From Paenibacillaceae bacterium (GTDB taxonomy: Bacteria; Bacillota; Bacilli; Paenibacillales; CANHGK01): DNA of 64,000 nucleotides. The position numbers and the translations under genes were made by a program. The stretch lies in assembly GCA_947460235.1 (NCBI GenBank), contig CANHGK010000004.1, positions 26,144 through 90,143 on the forward strand. Direction: 5' to 3'. The notes under the pieces are model-generated. The model was given only the letters and a program-made list of their open reading frames with translations, had not been told where the DNA came from and did no database searches. Below, one piece after another: positions 1-9,904 of the stretch. Positions within the stretch are counted from its first letter, which is position 1, and each line of letters begins with the position of its first letter.

Positions 1-31
1 CACGACAGTGTTACTGAAAGGAGCATCTCAG

Positions 32-1180
32 ATGAACAACGAATTGTCCTTTGCATCAATTCCTGAATCTGTGCTTGTGATTGGAGGCGGCATTATCGGC
101 TGCTCCATCGCTTATGAATTTGCAAAACGCGGCATACAAGTTAGCATTGTTGAACGTGGTCAAATCGGCCATGAAGCGACCTCGGCTGCTGCCGGCATAT
201 TGGCTGCGCATGCTGACTCGATCGTTTCCGATGAATTTTGGCAATTGCTAAAGGATAGTCAAAATATGTTTCAGGATTGGAAGCATCAATTAGAAACATT
301 TAGTGATGTTCATATCAATTATGAAGAACGAGGAATCATTCGACTTTGTTATGAAGAAAAAGAAGAACTTTGGTTACGACAAAAGATTGCGACACTTTCA
401 AGTGATTCCGTTTGGCGATCCAAAGACGAATTAACCCACGAAATTCCAACGATTGGTGAACATGTGCTTGGTGGTGTTGAATGGGCAAGCGACCATCAAG
501 TCAACCCCCATCAACTAGCATTAGCACTTCGCGTCGCATTGCAAAAATATAACGTCAAAATCTTTGAAGGTGTTGAAGCCACTTCGTTTACCACATCATC
601 CCCTCGCACGATCGATGGTGCAAGACTTGCAGATGGCCGTACAATCAAAGCAAATCATGTCGTTATTGCTGGTGGTGCCTGGACAGGTAACCTACTAAAA
701 TCCCTTGGATGGACGCTTCCAATCCATCCTGTTCAAGGACAATGTTATCAAGTTCGTCCAAAAATCTCACTAACATCTCGGATCTTATATACACAAAATT
801 GTCACATCGTTCCAAAATCCGACGGCACCGTTATTGTTGGACAGCCGCAGCAACATTCCGGATTTGAAAAAAAATTAACGATTGAATCGATAACCAGTCT
901 TCATGATCAAGCCGTTTCCATTTTGCCTGGATTAAAAGATGCGGAATTCATCCGTTCTTGGGTAGGATTGCAACCCGCTACCCCAGACGGATGGCCAATT
1001 CTAGGACAAATGGTTGGTTATGGTGGCCTGACGATTGCAAGTGGCCATTTTAAGACTGGAATTTTATTGGCACCGATTACTGGGAAGGCTGTTGTCGCAT
1101 CCATCCTTAACGAACCGGTTCCCGCCTATTGTGCGAGATTCAGTCCTAATCGCTTTGAAGCAACCGTTTTGAGAAAATGA
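32..1180 (+). CDS. thiO: FAD-dependent glycine oxidase (ThiO-like, DAO family)
   Basis: ORF 8..1180. The ATG at 32 is preceded by AAGGAG. Dinucleotide fold VIGGGIIGCSIAYEFAKRG, plus TSAAAGILAAH and GHFKTGILLAPITG motifs as recalled from B. subtilis ThiO. Confidence 0.7.
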   Translation: MNNELSFASIPESVLVIGGGIIGCSIAYEFAKRGIQVSIVERGQIGHEATSAAAGILAAHADSIVSDEFWQLLKDSQNMFQDWKHQLETFSDVHINYEERGIIRLCYEEKEELWLRQKIATLSSDSVWRSKDELTHEIPTIGEHVLGGVEWASDHQVNPHQLALALRVALQKYNVKIFEGVEATSFTTSSPRTIDGARLADGRTIKANHVVIAGGAWTGNLLKSLGWTLPIHPVQGQCYQVRPKISLTSRILYTQNCHIVPKSDGTVIVGQPQQHSGFEKKLTIESITSLHDQAVSILPGLKDAEFIRSWVGLQPATPDGWPILGQMVGYGGLTIASGHFKTGILLAPITGKAVVASILNEPVPAYCARFSPNRFEATVLRK

Positions 1181-1226
1181 TAAATGATAAATGATAACAT
1201 CCATACCATTCAATCGTAGCGTCCAC

Positions 1227-1529
1227 TTACGATTGAATGGTATTTTTTGTGAACAACTTATCAATTCCTCGTGCCTGCTCAATATCAAGATCGGTAATTC
1301 CAGCCGATTTCCAAGATGTCAAACGAATGCTCACCATCTTAAAATCAATCGCAATCATCGGATGATGATTCATACGTTCTGCCAGATCTGCGACTTGATT
1401 AACAAACTGAATGCCATCCATGTACGCTTGAAACCTAAATTTCCGTACGATCCATTTCTCATCTTGCAAAGACCACTCCGTTAAGGAGGTTAATACGTCA
1501 TCGATTTGTGATTGGGAGTATTTCTCCAT
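1227..1529 (-). CDS. pterin-4-alpha-carbinolamine dehydratase (PCD/DCoH family)
   Basis: 100-aa ORF with the family-typical core (W..., ERMNHHPMI, ...LTSW). Confidence 0.8.
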   Translation of the reverse strand: MEKYSQSQIDDVLTSLTEWSLQDEKWIVRKFRFQAYMDGIQFVNQVADLAERMNHHPMIAIDFKMVSIRLTSWKSAGITDLDIEQARGIDKLFTKNTIQS

Positions 1530-1591
1530 GATGAATCCACCTCAATTCCCCGTTCAACTTGCTTATATCTATTTTACTCGATTATATCGCG

Positions 1592-1640
1592 AAAAAAAAC
1601 CGCCTTCTGCGACCACAGACAAGTGGTTTCACACAAGGCG
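1592..1640 (-). terminator. rho-independent terminator after the sensor-only gene
   Basis: GC-containing hairpin (cgccttctgcgaccac...gtggtttcacacaaggcg) followed on the minus strand by a T8 run (A-run 1592-1599 on plus). Confidence 0.6.
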
Positions 1641-1657
1641 ATTTTGGATGATAACAA

Positions 1658-2659
1658 TTATTCAGCGGAACGATTCATTAGCCAAGCCAACAACACAGCG
1701 ATGAGCAACACGACACCAGAAATGACAACAAGCAACGTCTCATATACGGTTTTCAAATAATCCGTAAACTCTTGCATCGAATATTCGACGATCACATGCC
1801 ATCCTGGAACTGACAACGGTTCGGTTAACACGCGAATCGAATCATTTGATAAGAGAATTCCTGATTTTTTTGGATCGTCTACTTTGTACGGAGCATCTTT
1901 CGTCAATTGTGCTTTGTCTGCATTGTAAATGATTTTGTTTGTTCCATCGGTAATCCAAACCTTACTATTTTGACCGATTTTGGAGTTTTCTAATGCTTTT
2001 CCGAGCGTTTTTGCTTGGACTTCCATCACCATCAACATTTCTGCTTTCGGTTTTTGGGCGTTTTTCAGAAGTCGGGCAAGCGTGATTGAGTAACCAGGGA
2101 AATATTTCGTTTCTTCCATTTCAGCTGGATAAAAGAATCCGTTTTTCTGCGTTGGCAACCAATAAGGATTGCCATTTGCTTGAATCATTTCCGTCATGAT
2201 CGCCATATTTTGTGGAAACAAGTTGACGGTGTTCGAATTTTGCGACGCATATAATAAATCAGGTTTGTCCAAAACTACATCAAGATTTTCCTTCGATAAC
2301 AAACGAATATTTATGATATCTTTATTAATGTATTTGTATTGCGTGAGCAGTTCGCTGATTTCACTTCCCGCAACTTTCATGCGCACACCATCAAAACTTT
2401 TAGTTTGTGTGCCTTCGAGGTCACGTCGCAACGTTTGATTTAACATTAACTGCATTGAAACACCTTCAAGCGTGTCAATCGATTGTTGCACATTATCGCG
2501 CGCTTGTTTCACTTGTTGATCCGCCAACCCGCCAATTTTGGATACAATGGTCTCATTTAATACCCCATTGTAAAAATATAACGCACCAAAAACAATCAAT
2601 TCCATCGCAACTGCCAGTACGAAAAATGTGATGATTCGTGCTTTCAAAAGATCGCTCAT
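1658..2659 (-). CDS. membrane-anchored extracytoplasmic sensor-domain protein (TM - Cache-like domain - TM) with no kinase module
   Basis: ORF 1658..2764. The internal ATG at 2659 is preceded by AAAGGAG. N-terminal TM (IITFFVLAVAMELIVFGALYF) and C-terminal TM (LLVVISGVVLLIAVLLAWL). The central region is alignable by eye to the sensor domains of the three hybrid kinases (GNPYWLPTQKNGFFYP...). Confidence 0.6.
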   Translation of the reverse strand: MSDLLKARIITFFVLAVAMELIVFGALYFYNGVLNETIVSKIGGLADQQVKQARDNVQQSIDTLEGVSMQLMLNQTLRRDLEGTQTKSFDGVRMKVAGSEISELLTQYKYINKDIINIRLLSKENLDVVLDKPDLLYASQNSNTVNLFPQNMAIMTEMIQANGNPYWLPTQKNGFFYPAEMEETKYFPGYSITLARLLKNAQKPKAEMLMVMEVQAKTLGKALENSKIGQNSKVWITDGTNKIIYNADKAQLTKDAPYKVDDPKKSGILLSNDSIRVLTEPLSVPGWHVIVEYSMQEFTDYLKTVYETLLVVISGVVLLIAVLLAWLMNRSAE

Positions 2660-2813
2660 CCGAAACGCTCCTTTTCTAAGGATCTCAAATTGATTTGTAA
2701 TATTAAATGGTTCACGATAAACAATTAATTTCCTGCAGGATTTTTTTAATGTCTGACATATCATGTGCGAACTGTTATCTACATCTGATGAACCGTACAG
2801 GAGGTTATGTTAC

Positions 2814-3593
2814 ATGATTACGACGTACATGCGATTCGCGATACGCGTACTATTGATTTCTATCGTTATTTCAGCAATTCCGACGTATTCAAACGCCGCT
2901 TCCACACCAGTAAACAAGAACACAAAACAAATTGCGCTCACCTTTGACGACGGACCGGATCTCAAATATACCCCTGAAATTTTGAAAATTTTAGCGAAAT
3001 ATAAAATAAATGCAACCTTTTTCGTATTAGGTAAACAAATGCAACGCTATCCTGAGATGACAAAAAAAATAGCTTCAGCTGGTCATGTACTTGCCAATCA
3101 CACATGGTCGCACCGCCAACTAAAGCTATTATCTGATATAAAAATCGCTTATGAAATTCGAGCGACGAACCAATTAATCTTCAAGCTCACCGGCCAAAAA
3201 AACCATTTATTCAGACCACCATATGGTGCGATCTCGCCTAGTCAGCGTAAACTCATCCAAAAACAAGGCTATCAATTATCGTTTTGGAATGTTGACACTC
3301 GAGATTGGAGTGGAAATTTGCCAAATGCTATGCTGAATATCGTCAAACGTCAACTACGTCATCAGAGTGTAATTTTGATGCATTGCTATGGTGGTGACCC
3401 AAAAAACGCGAATTATACGGTGGAAACATTAAATACATTAATTCCCGTCTATTTGAAACGAGGATATCAATTTGTGACGATCTCTCAACTTCCAGTACCC
3501 GTAAAATTACGGACGCCTTTTCGCCAAACATATGCTCCAATCAAACAACAACCGAAACCGATGATCGGCGTGATCCATCCCATCTTCAAATAG
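2814..3593 (+). CDS. polysaccharide deacetylase (CE4 / NodB homology domain), secreted
   Basis: ATG at 2814 after AGGAGG. Signal-like N-terminus. NodB motifs ALTFDDGP and HTWSH. The 3' end overlaps the convergent permease gene. Confidence 0.85.
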   Translation: MITTYMRFAIRVLLISIVISAIPTYSNAASTPVNKNTKQIALTFDDGPDLKYTPEILKILAKYKINATFFVLGKQMQRYPEMTKKIASAGHVLANHTWSHRQLKLLSDIKIAYEIRATNQLIFKLTGQKNHLFRPPYGAISPSQRKLIQKQGYQLSFWNVDTRDWSGNLPNAMLNIVKRQLRHQSVILMHCYGGDPKNANYTVETLNTLIPVYLKRGYQFVTISQLPVPVKLRTPFRQTYAPIKQQPKPMIGVIHPIFK

Positions 3594-4282
3594 GTTTCTG
3601 GACGTAAAAAATAAGCAGCCGGATAAAATGCAGTAAATCCATATGGGATGATCCACGTCATGAGTGACTGAATGACCCGGTTGTAAATTACTAATGGATA
3701 CCTAGCAAAATCACTCATTTCATGGACAGACCATTGGACAGGCATACTATCCGTCATCCAAAATGACAAACTACACGTAAAAACATGAATACCGATAAAC
3801 ACCATTGAACTCGACAAGATCAAGATGATAAGAACAGTCATCGAAACGAATGTCCATTCTACACCAATCGTTGGGGCAGCATATGACAGCAACCAAATGC
3901 CAATCAACAACTGCCCCACACCGTCCTGTTGAACTCGCTCAGCAATTAATTGAAAAAATGCAGGTGCGGGCCGGACAAGCATTCGGTCAAAACCGCCATT
4001 TCGAATATAATCCCGACCAAACACCCATAAACTATCAAAGAAAATATGATGAATCGCGCGCCCACAACATGCAACCGCATAAATGAATACAACTTCATCA
4101 AACGACCAACCTCGAATCGTCTGAATTTGTTTAAAAACGATGTTCACAAAAAACAGTCCAGCACCCTGAATAAACAGCACCGACAAAATCCCGATGATAA
4201 AATCAAGCCGATATTCCATCATGATTTGTACACGTAATTTGAAAAAATGCCAATATAATTTTATGTATCTCAACATGCGCAT
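3485..4282 (-). CDS. ABC-2 type transporter permease (COG3694/COG4587-like)
   Basis: Multi-TM ORF. The likely start MRMLRYIKLYW at 4282 overlaps the TGA of the upstream permease (TGATG), suggesting translational coupling. Confidence 0.7.
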   Translation of the reverse strand: MRMLRYIKLYWHFFKLRVQIMMEYRLDFIIGILSVLFIQGAGLFFVNIVFKQIQTIRGWSFDEVVFIYAVACCGRAIHHIFFDSLWVFGRDYIRNGGFDRMLVRPAPAFFQLIAERVQQDGVGQLLIGIWLLSYAAPTIGVEWTFVSMTVLIILILSSSMVFIGIHVFTCSLSFWMTDSMPVQWSVHEMSDFARYPLVIYNRVIQSLMTWIIPYGFTAFYPAAYFLRPETYLKMGWITPIIGFGCCLIGAYVWRKGVRNFTGTGS

Positions 4283-5073
4283 CAGCCTCCAAACACCGTA
4301 ACTTTTCGCAATGCCACGCGCCACACCAAACGAAGAACGATAAAAATTACGACCACCCATAACAATTGAATGAAACAAGCGATCCACATCGGCTCACCAA
4401 CGATGCGTCCTGTAAAAATCCCAACTGGCGTATACACCAGCGACGGAAATGGTGTCCACATACAAAGGTATTGCAACCAGTCTGGAAACATATTAAGCGG
4501 AATCAGTGCACCATTAAAAAATAAAAACAATGCAGCTTTAAACACACGTAGCCCCCACATATTCTCCAACCAAAACGCCATTGTACCTATGATTAAATCA
4601 ATCAAATTACCGAGTACAATCGCTACCATCACTGTCCAGAGAAACAATATTCCAGCGAGTATCGTTACTGGAAACTGTAAATGATAAACAAATGCCATAA
4701 ATAGGACGAGCGGAACTGCGGTACGCATCATATTTGAGATCGTAGCCCCGACATCTTGTGCCATTAGGCGAAAATGCAGATCATATGGTCGAAGCAATTC
4801 CACAGATATTTGTCCAGTTCGGATCAAATTACTGAGTTCCCATGATGCACCATTTACATATTCATTCAATAACATCGACAACACGGTATACGTAATCAAC
4901 GATGATAAATCCCACCCATTTATCAGTTGTTTTCCATCGAAAACCGCAGACCAGAAAGAGACCATTAATACTAATTTGCTAAACGTCACGATCAGATGTG
5001 ACCAATACCACGCAGGGTACGCGATATCCAAATGAATCGATGACTTCGCTAACATCAAATATTTTTTCACCAT
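4282..5073 (-). CDS. ABC-2 type transporter permease
   Basis: 263-aa multi-TM ORF lying directly after the ATPase gene (the ATPase stop abuts this start). Confidence 0.7.
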   Translation of the reverse strand: MVKKYLMLAKSSIHLDIAYPAWYWSHLIVTFSKLVLMVSFWSAVFDGKQLINGWDLSSLITYTVLSMLLNEYVNGASWELSNLIRTGQISVELLRPYDLHFRLMAQDVGATISNMMRTAVPLVLFMAFVYHLQFPVTILAGILFLWTVMVAIVLGNLIDLIIGTMAFWLENMWGLRVFKAALFLFFNGALIPLNMFPDWLQYLCMWTPFPSLVYTPVGIFTGRIVGEPMWIACFIQLLWVVVIFIVLRLVWRVALRKVTVFGG

Positions 5074-6078
5074 TTACCCCCCGCCATTTCGTTCATAAAT
5101 CGCACGTACGATCGTTTCAATGCTGCCTTCTAGCACTTTTAAATCATTAACTTTATTTGTTTTCAAAACTTCCGAAATGATTTCGCTTGCAGACCATATC
5201 GTTGGGTCAAAACCAACAGAAACCGTATGACCAACATCTTCGGAATCTGCATGCTTAACCGTCACAAAACTTCCAAATCGTTCAGGTTGTCTCCATTCTA
5301 CAGAAGATTCCATATGAAACTCTACGATCCGTTCTTGGCCATATTCTTTCTTGAGTTGATCGATACTCCCGTCATACATGATTTTGCCTTGGTCAATTAA
5401 GATCACGCGCTGACAAAGTTCTTCGATGTCTTGCATGTCGTGTGAGGTCAAAATGACAGTCGTACGATGAACTCGATTCATTTCACGAATAAATGTGCGA
5501 ATGCGCGCCTTCACCGATACATCGAGACCGATCGTTGGCTCGTCCAAATACACAATCGATGGGCTATGCAAAAATGCGGCCGCAAGTTCACAGCGCATTT
5601 TTTGGCCAAGAGATAGTTGCCTCACTGGAACATTTAATAATGCTTCAAGTTGCAATACATGCACGCACAAGTCATACATTTCTCCGAAAGATGATGCTTC
5701 AACTTCATAAATATGTTTAAGCAACTCAAAAGACTCCCTGACCGGTAAATCCCATAACAATTGGGTACGTTGTCCGAATACTGCACCAATCTGTTTCGCG
5801 TTTTGGATGCGTTTTTGTGAGGGGTCAATCCCATTAATGAGCACCTCTCCTTCGGTTGGGGTCAAAATTCCACAGAGCAATTTAATCGTCGTCGACTTCC
5901 CTGCGCCGTTTGCTCCGATATATGCAACCATTTCACCTTGCTGAATTTGAAAATTCAAGTGTTCAACCGCAACAAATGTTTTACGTCGTTGAACAAACAA
6001 ACTTTTCACCGCTCCCCAAAGCCCAGGAGTTTTTTCAATGCGTTCATATACTTTTCGGACGTTACGTACATCGATCAT
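5074..6078 (-). CDS. ABC transporter ATP-binding protein (COG4586-like, with C-terminal extension)
   Basis: Walker A GANGAGKST, signature LSLGQKMR, Walker B IVYLDEPT. Confidence 0.9.
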   Translation of the reverse strand: MIDVRNVRKVYERIEKTPGLWGAVKSLFVQRRKTFVAVEHLNFQIQQGEMVAYIGANGAGKSTTIKLLCGILTPTEGEVLINGIDPSQKRIQNAKQIGAVFGQRTQLLWDLPVRESFELLKHIYEVEASSFGEMYDLCVHVLQLEALLNVPVRQLSLGQKMRCELAAAFLHSPSIVYLDEPTIGLDVSVKARIRTFIREMNRVHRTTVILTSHDMQDIEELCQRVILIDQGKIMYDGSIDQLKKEYGQERIVEFHMESSVEWRQPERFGSFVTVKHADSEDVGHTVSVGFDPTIWSASEIISEVLKTNKVNDLKVLEGSIETIVRAIYERNGGG

Positions 6079-6208
6079 TTCATGTTCACCTCAACATATT
6101 TTGCATTTCTTAGTTATTCGACAAAATTAGAGCATTCTCACCAAAGGATTTTTCATATAAAATATGGAAATAATATCAGGTGCTCATCGGAAAGGTGTGT
6201 GGTTTGAT

Positions 6209-8899
6209 ATGTTATCTGTAATCATGAACGGAATGTCGATACTACTGATTGTCTTTTTCATTTTGCGGATGCGAAAACTAAAAAAACAACTTAACCTTAC
6301 GTCTGCTGCACTCGAGTTCGCTTCAACCAAACCGACTCACAATTTACATGATACCACTAAAATATTGTCCGACATTCATGAACAAATCACTGCGCCGCTT
6401 CAAGGTGCAATTAATTTAGCAACAACATTACTTGAAGGTGGACTAGGAAAATTAAATGACAAACAATTTTATCAAATACATTTAATCGTCTCCGAAATGC
6501 GAACTACCAATCAAAAAGTAAATACATTAATCGAAATGAATCAAGGGCGACTACAATCCAATCATCAACGTTTGATGATTCATAGCATCATTGAATTGTC
6601 ATTATTTACACATCATGCTCTCGCCTACCGACATCGCATTCGATTCGTAAATGACATTCAAAACGTGTTGCCCGAAGTGTTCGGAGACGAATCATTCATT
6701 CAATTGGTTTTCCATCAAATTGCAGGTACGCTTATTCAAAATCATGTCAACGGCCAACTCGTTGTAAGTTCATGCATCAATGAACAAAAACTAGAAATCA
6801 CGATCCAAATGTTTGAAGCGCAATTACTTCACGCAAAGTCGATCGCCGAATCATTGCAATTGCTACTCGATACGAAGGAACTCAGCATTCAATTTGAGAT
6901 CGTTCATCCCCATCACGGCGTAAAAATCACGTTACCGATTTCTCAAACTACAAATTCAATGGGTAAGAAAAATGACACGGTCGATGTTGATCATCCATTT
7001 GAAAAAATGCACAATTCCTTGTTGCAATTACCAGAAGAATTCTTTGCGAATGAAACGTCCACCCAAACGAATCTGCAGGTGTGGATTATTGATGATGAAT
7101 TGATTAATTTATTAGTGCTCGAAGCATATTTGTTACAAGAACAATACATCGTATCCAAATTCGCAAGTGCTGTCGATGCACTAGCTGAGCTCTCAAGCGG
7201 ATTAAAACCAGATTTAATAATAACTGATTTAATGATGCCGAGTATGAATGGATTGGAACTTTGCGAACAAATTCGTACCCGATACACTTCGATAGAATTA
7301 CCTATTATTATTGTAACCTCTCGGACACTGGCATTTGACCCGGATCAAAAAGAAGAATTCGGAGCAAACGATTATTTAACGAGACCTTTTACAAGAATCG
7401 AATTAATTTCGCGGGTACATACACAACTGCGGATTAGCCAGTGGAATCAAAGTCTAGAAAAACAATTGATTGAACGTACTAAATCAGTTCGACAATTAAT
7501 GAATCAAGCAGGTCATGGATTTTTATTAATCGATCAACAGTTACGGATACAACCGGATTTCAGCGATCTGTGTACCAGCCTGTTTCAAGTGGAACTTGAA
7601 AACTATTATCTTCCTGATTTACTTTATCCGAATCCATCCGATCATAAAAACCTTCTAGAAAGCACGCTACAAAAATTGTTCGAAACAACTCAAATTGATA
7701 TCATCACAAATATGATCAAATTATTACCAACGCAGCTCATCGTGAATAGGAATAACTTGTCCTTCATGTATCAACTTATTCCGGGACTTGGACGAATGGA
7801 AACATTACTGATGATCCGCATGAGCGATATGACAAATCTAATACAATTGGAACAACGTGTAAATTATGCAGAATCGCAACTGCAAGCACTCATGCTGTGT
7901 ATGAAAGATCCGGTTCAATTCCGATTGATATGGAAATCACTACGCGAATACGCGTCACATGGTTGGATTGAACTAGTAAATCAACCGATACCTGTGGATC
8001 AATTGATTCAAAACGTGGTTACTCCGTTGCAAGACTTTATAAAATCGTTGCGTTCATTTTGTCTACAAGATACGGTCAACAAATTACATCAATATACGAT
8101 GCACGTAAACGAATCTCGACATGAACTTAAAAGTACGCAGCAATTACTCGCTTGGTTTCGGTTCCACCCAATCGCCGATTGCTTTGCGAAAGATGAACAG
8201 TTTTTATTGAACTGCTTGGGGGACACTTTTTTTGAACATGCTGACGAGATTAAAGTGGACCGCACGAAATTACTTGCATTAGAGACAGAACTGCGCACAG
8301 TTTTAACAGACAATCAGTCAGATTCACTCGTCAAATCACTCCATCGCATTTATTATCAACCATTGCACGGTCAACTGCTGCAATTGTCCAAGCTTTTCGA
8401 AAAACGTGCGTATTCTCAAAATAAACGTGTATTACCGATTATATTTCATGGAACGAGCGTTTGTATTGATCAGAACATGACTAACTACATCAATCAAATT
8501 ATTCATGATTGGCTAACGTTGATCATTGACGTTTCCATTGAGACGATTGAAGAACGATTAGACAATATGAAACCTGAACATGCCATGATTATTTGTAGCG
8601 TGAAGACAAGCGATGAGCAGATTGAAATTTCCATTACCGATGATGGCCGTGGATGGAAAGTTGCAAATGCACGCAAAATAATGATTAAAGAATCCGTAGA
8701 ATCGATAACTTCGATTCTAAATTTAAGTCCTGAAGAGATTACATTTCGAATCATGCAAAAATATCCGAACTTCAATGCCATTCACACGCTTCTTGAGCAA
8801 ATCGGTGGTTCGTTACGGATTGAAACGCATTGGAATGAAAGAAGCGTTTTTACAATAAAAATTCCTTGTCCCTGGATCGCAGAATTGGAATCAATGTGA
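6209..8899 (+). CDS. degenerate hybrid sensor kinase paralogue (TM, HisKA-like H-box, receiver, Hpt-like, partial CheA-like ATPase)
   Basis: ORF 6164..8899. The start is uncertain (ATG 6164 has no RBS; ATG 6209 follows AAAGGTG). H-box-like IHEQITAPL. Receiver VWIIDDE...ITDLMMPSMNG...IIVTS...DYLTRPF. The C-terminal half is colinear with the C-terminus of the 10371..14144 protein but lacks the N-box Asn and the G2 box. Confidence 0.6.
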   Translation: MLSVIMNGMSILLIVFFILRMRKLKKQLNLTSAALEFASTKPTHNLHDTTKILSDIHEQITAPLQGAINLATTLLEGGLGKLNDKQFYQIHLIVSEMRTTNQKVNTLIEMNQGRLQSNHQRLMIHSIIELSLFTHHALAYRHRIRFVNDIQNVLPEVFGDESFIQLVFHQIAGTLIQNHVNGQLVVSSCINEQKLEITIQMFEAQLLHAKSIAESLQLLLDTKELSIQFEIVHPHHGVKITLPISQTTNSMGKKNDTVDVDHPFEKMHNSLLQLPEEFFANETSTQTNLQVWIIDDELINLLVLEAYLLQEQYIVSKFASAVDALAELSSGLKPDLIITDLMMPSMNGLELCEQIRTRYTSIELPIIIVTSRTLAFDPDQKEEFGANDYLTRPFTRIELISRVHTQLRISQWNQSLEKQLIERTKSVRQLMNQAGHGFLLIDQQLRIQPDFSDLCTSLFQVELENYYLPDLLYPNPSDHKNLLESTLQKLFETTQIDIITNMIKLLPTQLIVNRNNLSFMYQLIPGLGRMETLLMIRMSDMTNLIQLEQRVNYAESQLQALMLCMKDPVQFRLIWKSLREYASHGWIELVNQPIPVDQLIQNVVTPLQDFIKSLRSFCLQDTVNKLHQYTMHVNESRHELKSTQQLLAWFRFHPIADCFAKDEQFLLNCLGDTFFEHADEIKVDRTKLLALETELRTVLTDNQSDSLVKSLHRIYYQPLHGQLLQLSKLFEKRAYSQNKRVLPIIFHGTSVCIDQNMTNYINQIIHDWLTLIIDVSIETIEERLDNMKPEHAMIICSVKTSDEQIEISITDDGRGWKVANARKIMIKESVESITSILNLSPEEITFRIMQKYPNFNAIHTLLEQIGGSLRIETHWNERSVFTIKIPCPWIAELESM

Positions 8900-8970
8900 A
8901 GGATTTTTTCGGTAACATGTCGAATTATGTACTCCCATCCTAAATCAATACACCATGAGAAGGGATTTAC

Positions 8971-9096
8971 ATGTTCATGGACATGATGATGACAGCTGTA
9001 ATGCCAAGTATTTTATTTTTCGTGTTAAGTCTTACAGGGATCGCAATGTATGTCAAAAACGAAATGAGAAGACCAAGACCTGCCAAAAAACGCTAA
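8971..9096 (+). CDS. possible 41-aa small membrane protein
   Basis: Not in the ORF track (too short). ATG 8971 after a weak GAAGGGA. Translation MFMDMMMTAVMPSILFFVLSLTGIAMYVKNEMRRPRPAKKR has one TM plus a basic tail. A hairpin follows. Confidence 0.35.
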   Translation: MFMDMMMTAVMPSILFFVLSLTGIAMYVKNEMRRPRPAKKR

Positions 9097-9111
9097 TTCG
9101 CCGCACATCAT

Positions 9112-9165
9112 AAAAGGGCTTTCCAAATTGCTTACGCAATGATGGAAAAGCCCTTATTCTTTTCT
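9112..9165. terminator. hairpin between convergent genes (bidirectional terminator candidate)
   Basis: aagggctttcca...tggaaaagccctt followed by a T-rich tract. Confidence 0.55.
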
Positions 9166-9176
9166 ATATTTCAAGA

Positions 9177-9701
9177 TTATATTGATTGATCCTCGTTCGG
9201 ATATTTCTGAATGGCGCTCGAAATCCATTGACGAACATGCTGATGTTGCTCACTCCAAGACATCCACACCGTGTTTGCCCACATATGAACTTTTTTAGGT
9301 ACATCTTCAAGTTTTTGAGCTTCAATCAATTTCCATACTTCCTCAACCGTCATAATATCTTGAAACGGTGAAATAAAAGGTGGCGGGATTTGAGGCATAT
9401 CACTGCGGTGTTCAAGCCATTTTTGCATCGCTTTCGCAATCCTAATTTCACCTTTCCATTCAACGCCCCAACACAATCCCATCAAATGAATCGCAATCGA
9501 CCGCTGGTGCGGACAAAATTGTTCGGAGTGTTGAAGCGCATAAGCATCCATCGCCATACGTAGTTCAACTCGATGATTAGGTAACTCAGACAAAACGACA
9601 ATAACCTTTTCGAACAAATGCAAACATGACGGATGCGTCTTCGGAAAATTCGCACCACACTCCAAACAAACTCCATATTCGCTTGAATTGATGGCGCTCA
9701 C
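9177..9701 (-). CDS. hypothetical protein (CxxC-containing N-terminus, DUF5946-like by recollection)
   Basis: 174-aa ORF with a GTG start. Contains VCLECG...C motifs and DAYALQH. The family assignment is from memory only. Confidence 0.5.
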   Translation of the reverse strand: MSAINSSEYGVCLECGANFPKTHPSCLHLFEKVIVVLSELPNHRVELRMAMDAYALQHSEQFCPHQRSIAIHLMGLCWGVEWKGEIRIAKAMQKWLEHRSDMPQIPPPFISPFQDIMTVEEVWKLIEAQKLEDVPKKVHMWANTVWMSWSEQHQHVRQWISSAIQKYPNEDQSI

Positions 9702-9847
9702 CTCATTTCGGTTCTCCTATCTTAATTCTCTTTTCGATCATTATTCTCCTTGTTTTTAGCAAAGGCAATCACGACAATTTATGCAATCCAATCGAACCTG
9801 AACCACCAATTCTGCACGAATATTCGAATCATCATTGCCATCTACGC

Positions 9848-9892
9848 GAAAACAAAACCCCTCAATGCCATCCGATTACGGCAATTGAGGGG
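9848..9892 (-). terminator. rho-independent terminator ending the kinase-kinase-lipoprotein operon
   Basis: cccctcaatgcc...ggcaattgagggg hairpin with a T-rich run on the minus strand. Confidence 0.6.
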
Positions 9893-9904
9893 AAAGATAT
9901 GCTA

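Noticed and set aside
1191-1484. Track ORF 1191..1484(+).
   Set aside because: It is antisense to the well-supported PCD gene (1227..1529), has no RBS, and has no recognisable family.
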